Shown: one piece after another, positions 24,460-39,200 of the stretch
Layout: each line of letters opens with the position of its first letter
How positions within the stretch are numbered: the first letter of the stretch is position 1
NCBI GenBank assembly: GCA_016748015.1
Contig: JAAOMT010000034.1
Coordinates: 62,001-126,000 of the forward strand
Length of the DNA: 64,000 nucleotides
Direction: 5' to 3'
DNA from: Geosiphon pyriformis uo1
Lineage: Eukaryota > Fungi > Glomeromycota
Position numbers and translations under genes: made by a program
Notes under the pieces: model-generated
The model's input: only the letters and a program-made list of their open reading frames with translations
The model's database searches: none
Told to the model about the DNA's origin: nothing

Positions 24460-27400
24460 AGAAAACCAGCACCAATAACAATCATCCAAAAATGACAAAA
24501 TCAAAAATAATAGGAACAAACCATTTAGGATTCACTAAATCCTTATTTTAATAGTACAGCCAACAATTGGGCTTAACCAACAACCATTATTCAGTAGAAT
24601 TAGCCTTCAACTTTTACATCAATGAAAAAATCACTGATTTTCTGGGAAGACCAGTTAATATTAAATCAGCAAGAGAAAATTTTTATACAGAATTAATCCA
24701 ACACACCAGCTTACCACAAAATCACAGTTTTACACTAATCATCAGAAAAATTAATCAAGAAATTGAAAGATATATTCAACAACAATTCTCCATTACTTAT
24801 ACAGATAAGAGTAAAAAAAAGTTACAAACACCAGCAGCAACTCCAAAAAGAATACAATTACCAACATAGAAGAAACAAAAAATTGAATTTCTACTATATC
24901 CATTATATCATCACACACCTAAAAGTACCATCAATATTACATCAACAGGCACATCCACATTAAATATAACATTAACATTTGGATAACTTCTATTTCAAAG
25001 TAAACAAAAAAAAGCAGAATTATTGGGAACTTACAGCAATTACTTTGAAGAATTCAAATCACAATCTCCAATACCATCAGGATTTTAATTACCATCACTA
25101 CAACCAGATTTTGGAGCCACAAATTTCTGAGAGATAACCAAATCGGAAGAAGAGGAAAATAACAATCAGGAATTTAATTACCAGAATTCAATTGTAGAAA
25201 ACCTGGAAGTTGAAACCCCAAATATTCAAACTCAAAAAAATCAGAACAATCTCAATCCTAATAATCAGCAAAATGAGAATAATTAAAATCTTAACATTAA
25301 TAATCAACAATACTTACCTCCAGTAATTGTTATCAACTCACTACCAATTGCTGCACCACAATAACCACCACTACAACTTCAAATTCAGTTATTCCCCCCT
25401 AACAACAACAATAACAACAACCAAACTTGGATCCAATGGTCTACGCTCTAATAGCAAAACTTGAAAAGTTTATGGGCAAAGAAGATGACATCTAAGTATG
25501 GCTAAACAATATTGAAAAAGCCATTGCAGCCAACAGATAGAATGATGCCAGAGCCATGCAAGCCATTTCATATTTCCTCCAAAATACTACTGACTTATAA
25601 TATCAAAGCCTGGTCAATCAATCCCAAGATTTCAATGCATTTAAGCTTGCATTCCTGCAATATTTCAGCAATAATAACAGCATTAACCACTTAGCCAACA
25701 TCTTTACTACTATTAAGCAAGGGAAAACTGAAGCAGTCACTACTTACTTAGAATGTTTTCACAAAAATCTGTACCAAATTCAAGCAATACAAGCTAATTA
25801 TTTTACTGCACCACAAATTCTGAATTAATTCATTAGAGGCCTGTGCAGTAGCATTTTTCAATGCATATGTCTATTACATCTAGCAAACTTTCAGACCACA
25901 GTCACAAATGCCAGAGATTTTGAAGCAGCTGAACTTAAAGCTAATCACACCCAAGCCATAAATTTAGTGATGAATAGATCATCTGACTTGGATTCCAAAT
26001 TAAAGCAATTTAGTGATTCAATTAATCAGAAATTAGAGAAATACTTAGCTAACAACAATCAGGCAATTTATTAAACTTCTTAATGATGCAATAATCAAGA
26101 AAACTCTAATCATGTCCAAAATCAACCATGTCTATTATTATTGACCAATCAACAGTGGCAACTGGAAATGCATGTTTGCCATTATTGTAGTAAACAAAAA
26201 CATCTGCAATTTGAATGTCACAAAAGAATAAGTGACTAATAATTGGAAAATTAATACCAAAATCCTAATTACTAGTTTCAAACTCTAAGTTACCAACCAA
26301 ACCCAGAACTGTATCATCAGAATTACTTATCAATGATGCAGCAACCAATATATTAACTGCCAATATATTAGACTCTGGCATCTGTAATATATTAACTGCA
26401 GCCACAAGTAATATATTAGCTTCAACAAATTTAAACACCACCACTAAACTTACTATAAAATAGAACTCAAAGACTAAGATTGATACAACAAAGCTGAAAA
26501 TCAGCAATGACAGTTCATCAACCAATTCCCAGTTCTTCAACTCAACAATCAGGATCTTGACAATAAAATTCAGACACTGAATACACCCAAAACCCAAATT
26601 CTCATTACTATTTAAGTCTTTTAATAACTCCAGAAGATGCCTTATCCAATAACCAGAAAACCAATTACAACCAAACACCTACCAACAACATTTTACCAGT
26701 CACCATCATAAAAGACAAGTCACTTACAACTATATTTTCCTTCAAAATCGAAGAACCATTAGAAATTTTTTTGTTCAGTAGAGCTACATTCAAAAAAAAA
26801 CCCATCATTGCAATATACACTGATGCCAAAATTGATGGCCACTCTATCAAACTGATCCTAGATAGTGGATTAGCTGGCAGCATTATCACAAAACAATTCA
26901 TAGACCAATTAGGTCACCAAATTAATTAAGCTGCTAGTGCAAGGATAATTACAGCTGATAGAGCCACCAAGACTTCAATTGGTAAAATAGATAACTTATC
27001 TATCAAAGTCAATGGCATTATTGTATTAATTAAGGTATTAGTTATAGAAGCTACCCAATACCAAGCACTCATTGGTAATAATTGGCTGTTCAAAACAAAT
27101 GTGATGCTTAATTGGAATACTCAGAAGTTGTAACTCAGTCAGAACGGATAATACACACAAGTACCAGCAACATGTGGTCATTTTAAACCCAGTACCAACA
27201 TGCTAGCACCACTTATTGAGTTTGACAACAAAAAAAAAACCTATCTGGGAAGCTTACCAAGTTTCTTGGGCCAATGAAAACCACAATGAGTTACCACTAA
27301 TTTTGACTTGGGACAACAACAGAAAGGGAAAACAAAAAAAAGAACTTACCTAAAACACTGACCAAACATAGTGGAATGACATTGATCATAGTGAACTGCT

Positions 27401-30400
27401 GCCAAATTGGAAATGAGAAGAAAATAATAATAAAGAAAAGAGGAAAGAGAAAGAAGAAGAACCAACACCCACTCTTACTTATAGTCCATATATTTACATC
27501 CCACCACAATCATCTAATTATTACTGACCAAAACTGATATGCATCAATTGTAATAAGAAATTGTTGTTAATGGGCACATGCTATGGCAACAATAAGGAAT
27601 ACACAATAGCAACAAAATTTTATTGCTGCCCATGCATCCTAGAACAATTTAAATAACCAAAAAGACAAGGAAAATAAAATAACAAACCTTGTCTTGCCTA
27701 TGAAACTATTTTGCTTGACAAAGAAATGTGAAATGACATTCCTGGCAGAGGAAAAACATGCAATGAAACATGTCAATATATGATTCTAATTAATGACTGA
27801 GTACATAAAGGCACTCTAATCAATGGCATGTGGAAAAGAGCATTGCAATATTTGAAAAAATATTCCCATGACAAACATAAGATCTGAAGAATGGTGAGCA
27901 CAAAGGCAGAAAGTGCTACAACCAACAAGTTGCTAAAAATTAAAAACAATTTATTAACCCTTTTAGAACCCAAATATATTCTAACATTCAATGTCTTTGG
28001 CAATATTGAGGACAATCCTAAAGAATTTTATGAATACTACCAATGTCTGGCATCAACAAGAGAAGAGCAAGAGCAATGTTTAGAACAATTAAACACTTGA
28101 CTGTGTTAATATTACTTAATTCCATGTGACTTTTAATATTGTAATAAATATGACCTTATGTACAATTTACCACCACACATGATTTACACAATCTCAGAAA
28201 AAAAAAACCCAATCAGCAGCTGTACATCAGAATTGGAATTGATATTTAATTCCAATTCAAACTTTGACAATGATAATGATAAAAACAACAGTTTCAGCTC
28301 CATTCAAAATGGCAATAAAAATAATAATGATTTAAACTCTGATTTGAATCCAGAACAATATATCACACTCCTTGACCTTACTAAGAAGCAAGAACTTAAA
28401 TGGTTCAGTGATAATAATAAAAGTATCATGCCAGAATACACACATAATACTGATATAGAGTTTGATCTAAGATATTCCAGAAAAGATGCCATCAAATTGG
28501 AACTGTATTTATGCACCTGTATTAATTTCAAAGTAGCACTGGAAATCTCAACAACAATAATGATTCAATTAGCATTTAGAAATAGCTTAGCAAAAAAAGA
28601 AATTAACATCAGAAAAGGAATAATTGATGCAGAATATGTAAAAAATATTATTGCAATGCTACAAAATAACTCAAAAAAGACCTATATCATAGAGCCAAAT
28701 AAAAAGATAGCACAAACAATATTCCTGTCTTTAGTTAAAATAGCTCAATTAGTAACAGTAAAAAACAGAAAAGAATTAGGAATTACAGCTAAAAGAATAT
28801 AGGATTTTGGATTCACAGGTAGAATAGATATATCAGTTAATATGGCAGAGGAAAAAATTGTTGACAAGGAAGAAATTATCTCCACTTGTCAATTAATTTC
28901 TATTCTACCATATGATCAGTACATGTTAACCATAGAGAGAAAAGTAAAAGATCAAGTTCAGATTTTTGAAGCAGAAACTACAATATGTAAATCAGGAAAG
29001 ATTGGACTTACCAATTTTTACATACTAGCCAAAAGCCCAAAACATATCAAAATTCCCATCTACAACACAACAAAAAATGTTCTTGAGATACCAAAAGGAA
29101 CTACTATTAGATATCTAAGCACTGAAGTTGAAGAACAATTACCAAATCCCATTTCAGACTTTCCACAACTGTGTGAATATGTAGATATCACATCACAAAC
29201 AATATACAGATAAAAAAAATGTTATTTGCTCTAACCAAAACAATTGGAACAGATAAACTTGGAAAATCTAGACCCACTATAATATATGCAGCTTAAAATA
29301 TTACTCAACAATTTTAATGACATTTTTGTCAGTAAAAATAAATTTGGCAGAACTGACATAATTCAACACCAGATCAAGACTAAAGATGCAATGCCAATTA
29401 AACAAAAAGCATACTAAGTACCACCAGCCAGCCATGAAATCATTTGTCAAAAAATCAATCAGATGTTAGATAACAGATTAATTCAACCATTAATAAGTTC
29501 ATAATTGTCACCAGTAGTACTAGTCCAGAAGAAAAATGGAAAAATCCACTTTTGTGTGAATTACCAAAAACTTAATAAAGTAATCAAAGGAGATAGCTAC
29601 TCAACTTTAAAAATCCAAAAACTTTTCAATGCTTTTGGAGAGAAGAAATAGTTCTCAATTTTAGACTTAGACAGTAGTTATTGACAAGTAGCCATAAAAC
29701 CAAAAGACAAAAAAAAAATGGCTTTTACAATTTGAGAAGAAAATTTTGAATTTGAAGTTATGCCATTTGGCTTAATGAATGCTCCTGCCACATTTCAACA
29801 GCTTATGGAAATTGTTTATATTAGACTGCTATGGAAATTAGTAGTCATATATTTGGATAATACCAACGTGTTCTCCAAAACATTTAATAATCATTTGCAC
29901 TATCTTTAACAAGTATTTGAAAGAATAAGAAGAGCTGGATTAAAATTAAATGCAATCAAGTGTTTCTTTAAAAAAACTGAACTCAAGTTTTTGGAACATG
30001 TTGTAAGCAAAAATAGTATCAAAACAAATCCAGACAAGATTGAGATTGTTAAGAACTTTCTAATACCAAATAATCTTATGGAATTAAAAGCATTCTTGGA
30101 ATTTGCTGAATACTACTACTACTGTATTATGGACTTTTTCAAAATAGCTCAATCATTATACCAACTCCAAACAAAGAACACCAAATACAAATGGACTAAA
30201 ACTCAACAAAAAGCCTTTGACACACTGAAAAGAAAACTTATTTAAGCCCCAGTATTAATTTATCCAGACTACAGCAAACCATTTATAATTACAACTAATA
30301 CATCTGGTCAAGCATTAAGAGCTGTACTATCTCAGAAAAAACCAAATAGATGAAAACATTCAGTAGTTTATATTAGTAGAAGCTTAAATCCAGCTGAAAA

Positions 30401-30653
30401 GAACTATAAAACTTCAGCACATGAATATTTAACAATCTATTGGGCAGTCATAAAATGGAAAGAATATTTGAGTCAAAAGTTTAACATATACATTGATCAT
30501 AAAGGACTGACTTCAATCCAGAAGCAAGAATTTGGAGATAATTACTATGCTAGATAGAAAATAGAATTTTCACCATTCAATTATATGGTACATTACAAAA
30601 ATGAAAAAAAAAATGAAAATACTGACAGCTTGTCACAAATGAAACAAATCTAA
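24460..30653 (+). pseudogene. C ORF1: Gag-PR (LILDSG ~26852)-Cys-rich domain-dUTPase (~28400-28820)-RT-RNase H
   Basis: ORFs 24567-30245. The dUTPase lies in ORF 28158-28802. Ends TDSLSQMKQI* at 30651-30653. Confidence 0.92.
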
Positions 30654-30683
30654 AAACATTTCAATCCAAAAATATAACAAAAA

Positions 30684-32062
30684 ATAAATATACAAAAATA
30701 TTAACAACTTTAACACTATATTAATACTCAGCAGTTCAAGAAGAAATTATCTTCAAAAGAATAAAGCCATATCAAACAACAATCTAAATACTTTATTATT
30801 TACCAAGATATACTTTATTGAAAAAACAGAAAGATCCAGATCAACCAACCCGAATCACAGAACCAGAAAAAAAAACAATATTGTTTAACATGTATTCAGA
30901 TTCAACAGCAGGACATTTTTATAAAGAAGCAACTATAGAAAGAATCAGAAAAAAATATTATTGGCCATCAATGTATCCAGACATTATCTAATATGTTCAA
31001 AATTGTGATGCTTGTCAGAGAAGAAAAGAAACAAGATTTAGTAAACCATTGAGACCAATTAAAATAAAACAACCATTTGATCACATTAGTATTAACTTAG
31101 TTGAACCATTAACCATAACCAATAGAGGCAACAAATACATTACAATGGCCATAAATTATCTCACTAAATGACCAGAAGCAAAAGCCATTCAAAGAATAGA
31201 CACAAAATCCATTACCAAATTCATTTATCAAAATTTGATCTGTTAACATGGATGTCCAAAAGAACTATTATCAGATCAAAGAACTTATTTTGTGAATAAA
31301 ACATTAACAGAACTAAGTCAAAGATTTGGAATTAAAAGACTATTATCATTATTATATCATCTATAAACAAATAGGTTAGTCAAAAGATTCAATAGAACAT
31401 TGTATGAAGCAATTGCCAAAATCAGCCAAGAAAATCAAGATAAATGGGATTTGTTTATACCATCAGTATTATTTGTATATCAGACAATGAAGCAAAACAC
31501 TATATAAGCAACACTATTTGAATTAGTATATGGTAGAACAACAACACTACCAGTTAAAATATAAGTCAAAACATATTCAACAGAACCAATAACAGAAAAG
31601 AATTTCCAAAGAACATTGTTAAAAAAAACATATAACTTAATGAAGATATTAGAAGACAAATGGCAAAGAGCAGCTGATAATATCTAAAGGTCACAAGAAA
31701 AACAAAAAGAAAGACACAATAACCAACTACCAGATAAACCAGTTGAATTCAAGATTGGAAACAAAGTACTTCTATATTATACCAAAATAAAAAAACAATT
31801 GGGTAGAAAATTTGACTCCAAATAGGATGGATCATTTTACATAGAAGAAATTCTTGAAAATGGAGCTTATAAATTAAAGTTGAACAACAAAAGCTTAACC
31901 AAAGCAGCACATAAAGATTATTTGAAACTATATCACAATATAGCATTAGCATTTATCAGTAATATTTCACAACTGAGAGTACAGAGAATACTAGTCCAAC
32001 CAGATGAAATTCCATAAGATCTGGAACCAATTATAATTATTGAACCAAAAATGTCAAATTGA
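30684..32062 (+). pseudogene. C ORF2: integrase
   Basis: HHCC motif and LLSDQ core; ends DLEPIIIIEPKMSN*. Confidence 0.9.
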
Positions 32063-32118
32063 ATAACCAAAAGAGTATATAAAGACATGGTATATGCAAC
32101 AAAAGCAACAAAAAGAAA

Positions 32119-32748
32119 ATAGAAATTACTGACAACATATACACACTGATACAACAACTCTTCCAACTGATTCAACAACAGAATATGAAAATTACTATCA
32201 ACTAACAAACCATTTAATACTGAAATACCAGGAAAATATGCTAATACAAAGTACAGAAGAAACCAGAAAGCACTGTCAACAAAATAATTCTAAAAGTAAA
32301 ATTGGCAATAGAAGAGCCAACAAGTGTCACTTCATATCAAGAAGTAACTAAAGAAACTTGGAAGTAGTGGATACAACAATTTCCAAGAAACTTTTGTTAT
32401 TTCTATTTGAGACAACATCTAAATATCTGAAACTTATATACAGATAAGACAAAGCGATTATTCAATCCAAAGATATTACAACAACTTGAACAATTTGTGA
32501 GAAAAAACAATCTAACCACATAAGCATGAGTCATCTATTGATTACAAATTGGATTTCAAGACTGACCCAAAATCTTATTCAATCCAGTAATAGACTCTAT
32601 TACCATTAACCAAATGAAAAAAATAACCAATATCCAATTTAAAGAATTACAGAACAAAATAACACAAGTAATTCTTGAAAAAAAAGTTTAAAAAATACTC
32701 AAAGACAAAGAATTAAAATTAGGAGATCTCAACAGAGCTCAATATTAA
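32119..32748 (+). pseudogene. C ORF3: unknown ~210 aa protein
   Basis: (M)EITDNIYTLIQQLFQ...LNRAQY*; homologous to ORF3 of A, F and G. Confidence 0.75.
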
Positions 32749-32761
32749 AAAGAAAAAATAA

Positions 32762-33617
32762 TGTTACTTATAAAATATAGGAAGTATATTAGCATAAATT
32801 AGCCAATCAGAAGTAGCTGTAATAAATGTGAAATTCCAGAATTTCTCTTAAGAGGAATCACAAGATTCCAGAAATTTCAGGATTCTTATACAAAGAATTG
32901 CAGGATTCTAGAATTCCAGGATTTTTCTTAAAGAAATTGCAGGATTCTAAGAATTCCAGAATTTCTGGTGTGAAAAATTGAGAAATTAAGGAATTTTAAT
33001 TATATATATATAGCAGTAGCATTAGAAAAAAAAAAAACAGACCTTTTAGTTTAGATTTGATCTAAGTAATCTTTTTATTCACAAATATCAATAAATAATT
33101 ATTCACTATCTTAATCTATTCCCCACTATCAACACTTTATATTGATAGTAATTGATACTTAATCATACTAAAACAATAGCTCTTAATTACAACTATTGAC
33201 AGGATACTAACTTGCAATTGCCTTGGCTTATTTTCTTTATCTTTTCTTTATTTATTTTTTTTCTTTATTTTTTTTTTGTGTTTATTAATTGATTAAAAAT
33301 TAAGCATTAAATTATTGATGTTAAGGATAACTTGGTAAAAGACCCCAAAGGAATGGTATAGAATTGAGAATTTAAAGATAACTTACCAGAAGAACATCTC
33401 TGTCAAATTACTGGCCACTATGCTGAGAAAAAAATTCAATAGAATTGTAATTCTGGGAAGCTACTAAAACACTATTAAATCTCTGTTTATTATACAAAAA
33501 ACTCAACCAAAATCTTCAAATCATAAAAACCTTCAGAAACCAACATCATAATATCAATTGAGCACCAAGTTATGGGTTTGTTATTTGCTTTGAAACCCCA
33601 AATAATCACTTGTAACA
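32762..33617 (+). repeat. 3' LTR of C
   Basis: TGTTAC...GTAACA. Confidence 0.95.
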
Positions 33618-35271
33618 GTGTTAATTTTTTTAATCAATTAGTAAATTCACAATAAACAAAAAAAAAAGAAAAGAAATAAAGAAATAAAGAAAATAATAAA
33701 AAAAGAAATAAAAAGATAAGCCAAGACAAGAAAGAGTTAGTATTCCATTAATAGCTGTAATCAAGAACTATTGGTCTAGTGTTTAAGTATTAATAGCTAT
33801 TAACATGAAATGTTAATAGTGGGCAATAGATTATAGTTGAAATAAGTATTTTATTAATATAAAATGTTGGAACTTGAGAATTTTAGCTGGGAAATTCTGC
33901 TTTTTTTGCTTCTAATATTATTGTTATATATACATAATTTTTGTTATACAAGATTTTTTGAATTTTTTAATTCCTTATTCTTTGAATTTCTTAATTCTTT
34001 AGCCTAAAATTCTGTAATTTCTTGAGAGGAATTCTGGAATTCTGAAATTTTGCAATTCTTTATACTGGAATCTTGCAATTTCTCTAAGAAAAATCCTGGA
34101 ATTCCACTTTTACTGTGTTCTATTCTAATTGGCTAATTTGTGTACTAATATATAATTCTTATATTTTATGAGTAACATTGCTTTTTTTAATGCTACTTGC
34201 TTTGATTTTGGTTTTGGATCCTTTTTTTCTGGTATATCATGTGCTAAAAAAAGTCTTTTAGTTGTTCAAAATAATTTATTTATTAATATTTATCTGGTAT
34301 TTTCAGAATGCTTTTTAGAGCTTTTGGCAAATTAAGTGTTAGATATTGTGTAAAAATTAAGTTTTGTGAATCTGGTACTTCTGGCACCTATTTCTCAATC
34401 TTTTTTTTCTACTGTATCTGTATTATTAAATTCGAATTTGACTTACTTATATTATTTGTTTCTTTTCTTTTAATTGTAAATAAAAAGATTTCAGATTTGG
34501 GTTTAAATAGATCAAAGATTTTAATCACCAAAATAGGTGCTTGAAATCGAAAATAGTGGTTCTTAAAGTTTTAATTAGTTTAATTTTAATAAGATTGAAT
34601 CAATTGTGTTCTGCTTGGGCTCTTCAATGCTCTTATTATCTTAATAACTGATTTAATATAGAAGTTTGTTACATGTAATGTTTAGGGTCTTAATGTTTCT
34701 GCAAAGCAAAAAAATGTTGTTTATTGGCATAAGAATTTGGGTAATATGGTTTTTATTATTAAAGAAACAAAATTAAAATTTAATGTTAGACTATAGATTG
34801 TGAATAAATTTGATAGAATGTGAATTTTTATGTTTGGTTTAAATAAAAGTTTTTTTAATGCTAGTATGATTATTGTTATAAAAAATTCTCTGGTTTACTA
34901 TATTTCTAAGATAAAAAAAGTTTCTGATTAGATTATTTTAGTGTAGTTTTTTTTAAAGACAAGCTTTTAATTATGATTTTGAGTTTATATGTTAATGTTT
35001 TTACTAAAATTAGGTTTGTTTAGGCTGCAAAAGTAAATTCTTATATTGCTAAAGCAGTTAACTTCAGTATTTTTGTTGTCTTAAATAGAGATTTCAATAA
35101 AAATAAGCCTAAAAAAAGCACAAATTTCAAGTTTTGTTTGGATTTAAAATTGATCAATTTGTTTAATAAGCATCTATTGATCAAAGTTTTCATTTAAAGT
35201 AATTCGAAAAATATTAAAAAGATCATAAATTACATTTTCATAAGTAAAAATTTGTTGTTAATAGTAGCCAG

Positions 35272-36150
35272 TATTATGGTTTAAGAATTTAGCAAAAAGA
35301 ATCATAAAAATAATACAAACTATTCAATCATAATATAGCACAGTAATAATCTTAGAAAGGGAATGATTAACATAGTAGCAAATACCATCTCGCGATAGTG
35401 GCAAGCACCAGTTTACAATAGCAGCCAACACCAACTGGTGATAGCAGCAAATACCAGGTTGAAATATCAAAAAGAAAGTATTACAATGTGTTTTCTTATA
35501 GAACTACAAACATGTATATATACAGTAGTTTTAATATTGGGAAATAATCAATCAAGTAATAAAAAAAATCATAACTTATCAAGCAATAGATCCAATTTTA
35601 TCTAACAAACTCCACTTTAAATCATACTTTCAAATTAAATATCCCAAGAAACCTTTAAAAATCAAAAAGAAATGAAAAAAATATTTAAAACTGAACTATC
35701 ACAACCCAAAGTATTAAAAAACTTACTTGTATTATTTATTGAATAAAACTATCATTCATCAACTGAATCCCTTGGAAAAATAATCCTTGATCAAGATTAT
35801 TCATGTTGTTACTAATTGATAAAAGCTTTATTGTAAGAATTAGAAAAGTGCTAAAGATCATTAACATTCTGTGTTTCTAGATTAGAGAAACACATCAGGC
35901 AATTGCAAGGATAGCCTCAGAGAAGACCCCAGACAGTGGGTAGATTTCAGTTCAGTCTTTGAGAAGGAGTACATAAATACACACAACAATCAAGAATCAA
36001 AGAATAACTTACATCACAACAGTAAAAAGAAAGCCTTCAGTATAACAGTGACATTATCACACAAATAGAATTGAGGAACTCACGAAAGACTGATTGCAAT
36101 TAAAACGGGATATTAGCAATTAAATATAACAAGAAAACCATCCCGTAACA
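35272..36150 (+). repeat. 5' LTR of D
   Basis: T(A)TTATGG...GTAACA; the outer TG is mutated to TA. Confidence 0.95.
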
Positions 36151-36232
36151 TTTGGTAAACCCTACGAGGAAAGAAAATCAAAAAAGAAATAATAATTAGC
36201 AATAATTCATTGCTAAAAAGAAAGAGACAAAA

Positions 36233-39200
36233 ATGGTGACAAAAACCCCTAATCTTACTGTTCTTGAATTCTGCCATGCTATTTACACACAAAATCAAAG
36301 TGATCTTGGATTACCAGAAGGGTGTTGTCCAGCAGAATCTGCCCTTACTTATTATATCAACGCCAGAATAAATTATCATATAAGAAAGGAAGAAGAACCA
36401 CATGATGCAAAACTTGGATTGTATAGAGAATTATCACAATACACTACAAAAGAAGTAGCAGTAATAGCTGCAACTATTGTCAAAATCCATCGAGAAATTG
36501 AGCAATACGCCAACAAAAATTTTCCAATATCCACAGAAAACACTAAGAAATGTGCCAACAAAACCAAAGAAAATTTAGAAACTAATCAGAAAAGTAACCA
36601 GCAAAAACTAGGAACACCAGCTCAAACACCAAAGAAAACTGTCACTCAATCAATAAAGAAACAACGTATTTATTCACCAGAAGATAAATTATACCATTTT
36701 TTACCAGAAAATAAGATACAAATTCTATTAGGAGCTGCATTATCATCAACATCAACTCCACAAACACCAAGAACTCCTAGTTATACTGATAAAATTAAAC
36801 AACATAACTGGGGAGACATACCAATTACAGGAGGATANNNNNNNNNNNNNNNNNNNNAAACTAATCAGAAAAGTAACCAGCAAAAACTAGGAACACCAGC
36901 TCAAACACCAAAGAAAACTGTCACTCAATCAATAAAGAAACAACGTATTTATTCACCAGAAGATAAATTATACCATTTTTTACCAGAAAATAAGATACAA
37001 ATTCTATTAGGAGCTGCATTATCATCAACATCAACTCCACAAACACCAAGAACTCCTAGTTATACTGATAAAATTAAACAACATAACTGGGGAGACATAC
37101 CAATTACAGGAGGATATTCATCACTATTTCAAAACCCTCTTTTTCAGCCAAAATTTAGAATGGGGTTTGAAAACCGTGAAGAGGAGTCTGAATCGGAATC
37201 CGAAAAAGAGACCAGTGAAAAAACAATCACAAGACCAGTCATTAAAACAAGCAGCCAATCCAGAAACCAAGAAACTCGTGATCAAGAGGAAGAATCGGAT
37301 ATAAGAGAAGCCACCTTTAGGAATGCTCAAGGAAATATCATCCCACCTTCTCTTAGACCAATAAGCCCACTAGCAGAAAACGGCAATGAAATAACCACAC
37401 CATACATTGCAAGACTAACAGATTTTTCAGGAGAGGAAAAAGAAACGGACGTGCACACATGGCTCAGAGAAGCACAAAAAGCCATCCAGGCAAATAACTG
37501 GAATGACCAAAGAGCAATTCAAACATTACCTTTCTTCCTGAAAGGCACAGCCAACTCATGGTATCAAAGCCTGGAAACAAAACCCATGAGCTTCGCCGAA
37601 TTTAAAAATGCACTCCTGGAGTATTTTAGCGACCCAAACGCCGTAATCCAACTACAGAACAAATTCAATACTATTAAGCAAAATACCAGTGAAACTGTCA
37701 CCCAATATCTTGCTCGATTTAATCGAATTCGCCGTCAGATTGAAGTGATTGAACAAGGATACTACACTGATCCTCAGGTTTTAAATCAGTTTATTAGAGG
37801 ATTAAAAAGCAGCATTTTAGGAAGAGTACATCCTGCCCACCCTAATTCCTTACCAGAAGCCGTTACGCTCGCCAAAGCCCTTGAATTGGCTGAGAAAAAA
37901 GCTAACCATAGTCAAATGGTTAACATGGTAATGAAGAAAAATAAGACAGAAACATTAGAGAAAAGAGTAACGCGATTAGGAGAGGAACTCTCTAAGAAAA
38001 TAGAAAGTTATCTCATCCCGGATCTGAAAAAAAATACATACCAACCACCCCAAAGACACAGCCAGGAAGTCAGCAACAGTCGAAATAATCGCTTGTCGCA
38101 CTAGGAATTCAGAACAGAAATGCATGTCTGCCATTTTTGCAAATGCGTAGGACATTTGATTAGTCAATGTCGAATGCGAATGATGCAGGAAGCACGCAAA
38201 AATAATTACTATGCACCACCCCAAATGCTCAGAAACCAGTACACACCAATACTACGCCAATATCCTACCACATATCAAAATCAAGGAGCTTACCAGCAAC
38301 AGCCCATGATAGCCAACCTGAATTGGCGTCCCAAGACCCGAAATCAGCCCATGTGGAACCAGAACGTGTTGGTTTAGAGGAATTCAAACCACGCTGGAAC
38401 CAATCAGCAAACCAATTCAAACTACCAAAATTATCAACAAACTTACCTTAATATACCAGAAAATCTGATCATCAGAAACAATAATGGTAGAAACATAAAT
38501 AGAACCAAGAATTCCTTCAAATTGAGCCAGACAATACCACCAGCAGTTGCCACCGAAGATAGCAGCCTCGCAGCTATTTTTCCTTTTGAATTAGAGGAAA
38601 ACGAGGCTATGTTCAGTGGAGCAGCATTGGACGAAAAACGCCCAATCACTGCTATGTATACGGAAGCCACTGTAAACAATACCCTAATCAAACTTATCTT
38701 AGACAGCGGATCCGCTGGAAGCATCGTAATGCTTCAACTAGTAAACCAACTGGGTTTCAAAGTTGATTGTGCCGCGACGTCCCAAATCATAACAGCCGAT
38801 GGAAGTATAAAGCTGCCTCATGGTGAAATCGACTTATTTCCTTTTGAAATTAACAGCATAGTAATATCTACAAAAGTATTAGTAATGGATGCTACACAAT
38901 ATTAAGCATTAGTAGAGAATGATTGGCTAACAAAAGCCAACGCCACCCTAGACTGGACCACCCAAGAGCTTCTGATCAATTATAATGGCCACTAGGCCAA
39001 AATTCCAGCCATCTGTGGCCACTTCCAAAAACCCAGCACCAACCAAAGACCTACCTTTGAATTTGAGGAAAATCCAGCACTACCAGCCATTGAAACCTAT
39101 CAGCTTTCTTGGGCTGATGACCAAAGAACAGGACTACCAGCCGTACCAACGTGAACCAGTAAAGAAAGATCCGAATGAAACCAGATAAGTTCACGAAAAA

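Larger units (their letters stand above)
23600..33617 (+). mobile_element. Element C: full-length Ty3/Gypsy LTR retrotransposon with dUTPase (pseudogenised)
   Basis: LTRs 23600-24429 and 32762-33617, TSD GTAT/GTGT, PBS tggtgctccctatgag, PPT ~32747-32758. Confidence 0.96.
23312..34177 (-). repeat. Solo LTR of the C family (23312-23599 + ~33622-34177), interrupted by element C
   Basis: TGTTAC at 23312 and GTAACA at 34177. Flanks CTGC / TTGC form a 4-bp TSD with one transition. Reverse complement of the C LTR, with no internal sequence attached. Confidence 0.88.

Noticed and set aside
36579-37116. Apparent tandem duplication inside D gag (and in D integrase at 42488-42947)
   Set aside because: Identical copies flank fixed 20-N gaps, so these are unmerged contig overlaps. 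They inflate the 623-aa ORF.
38104-38522. Programmed gag/pol frameshift or readthrough
   Set aside because: In D, gag, PR, dUTPase and RT share one frame, and the intervening stops look like CAG>TAG transitions not shared by other copies.
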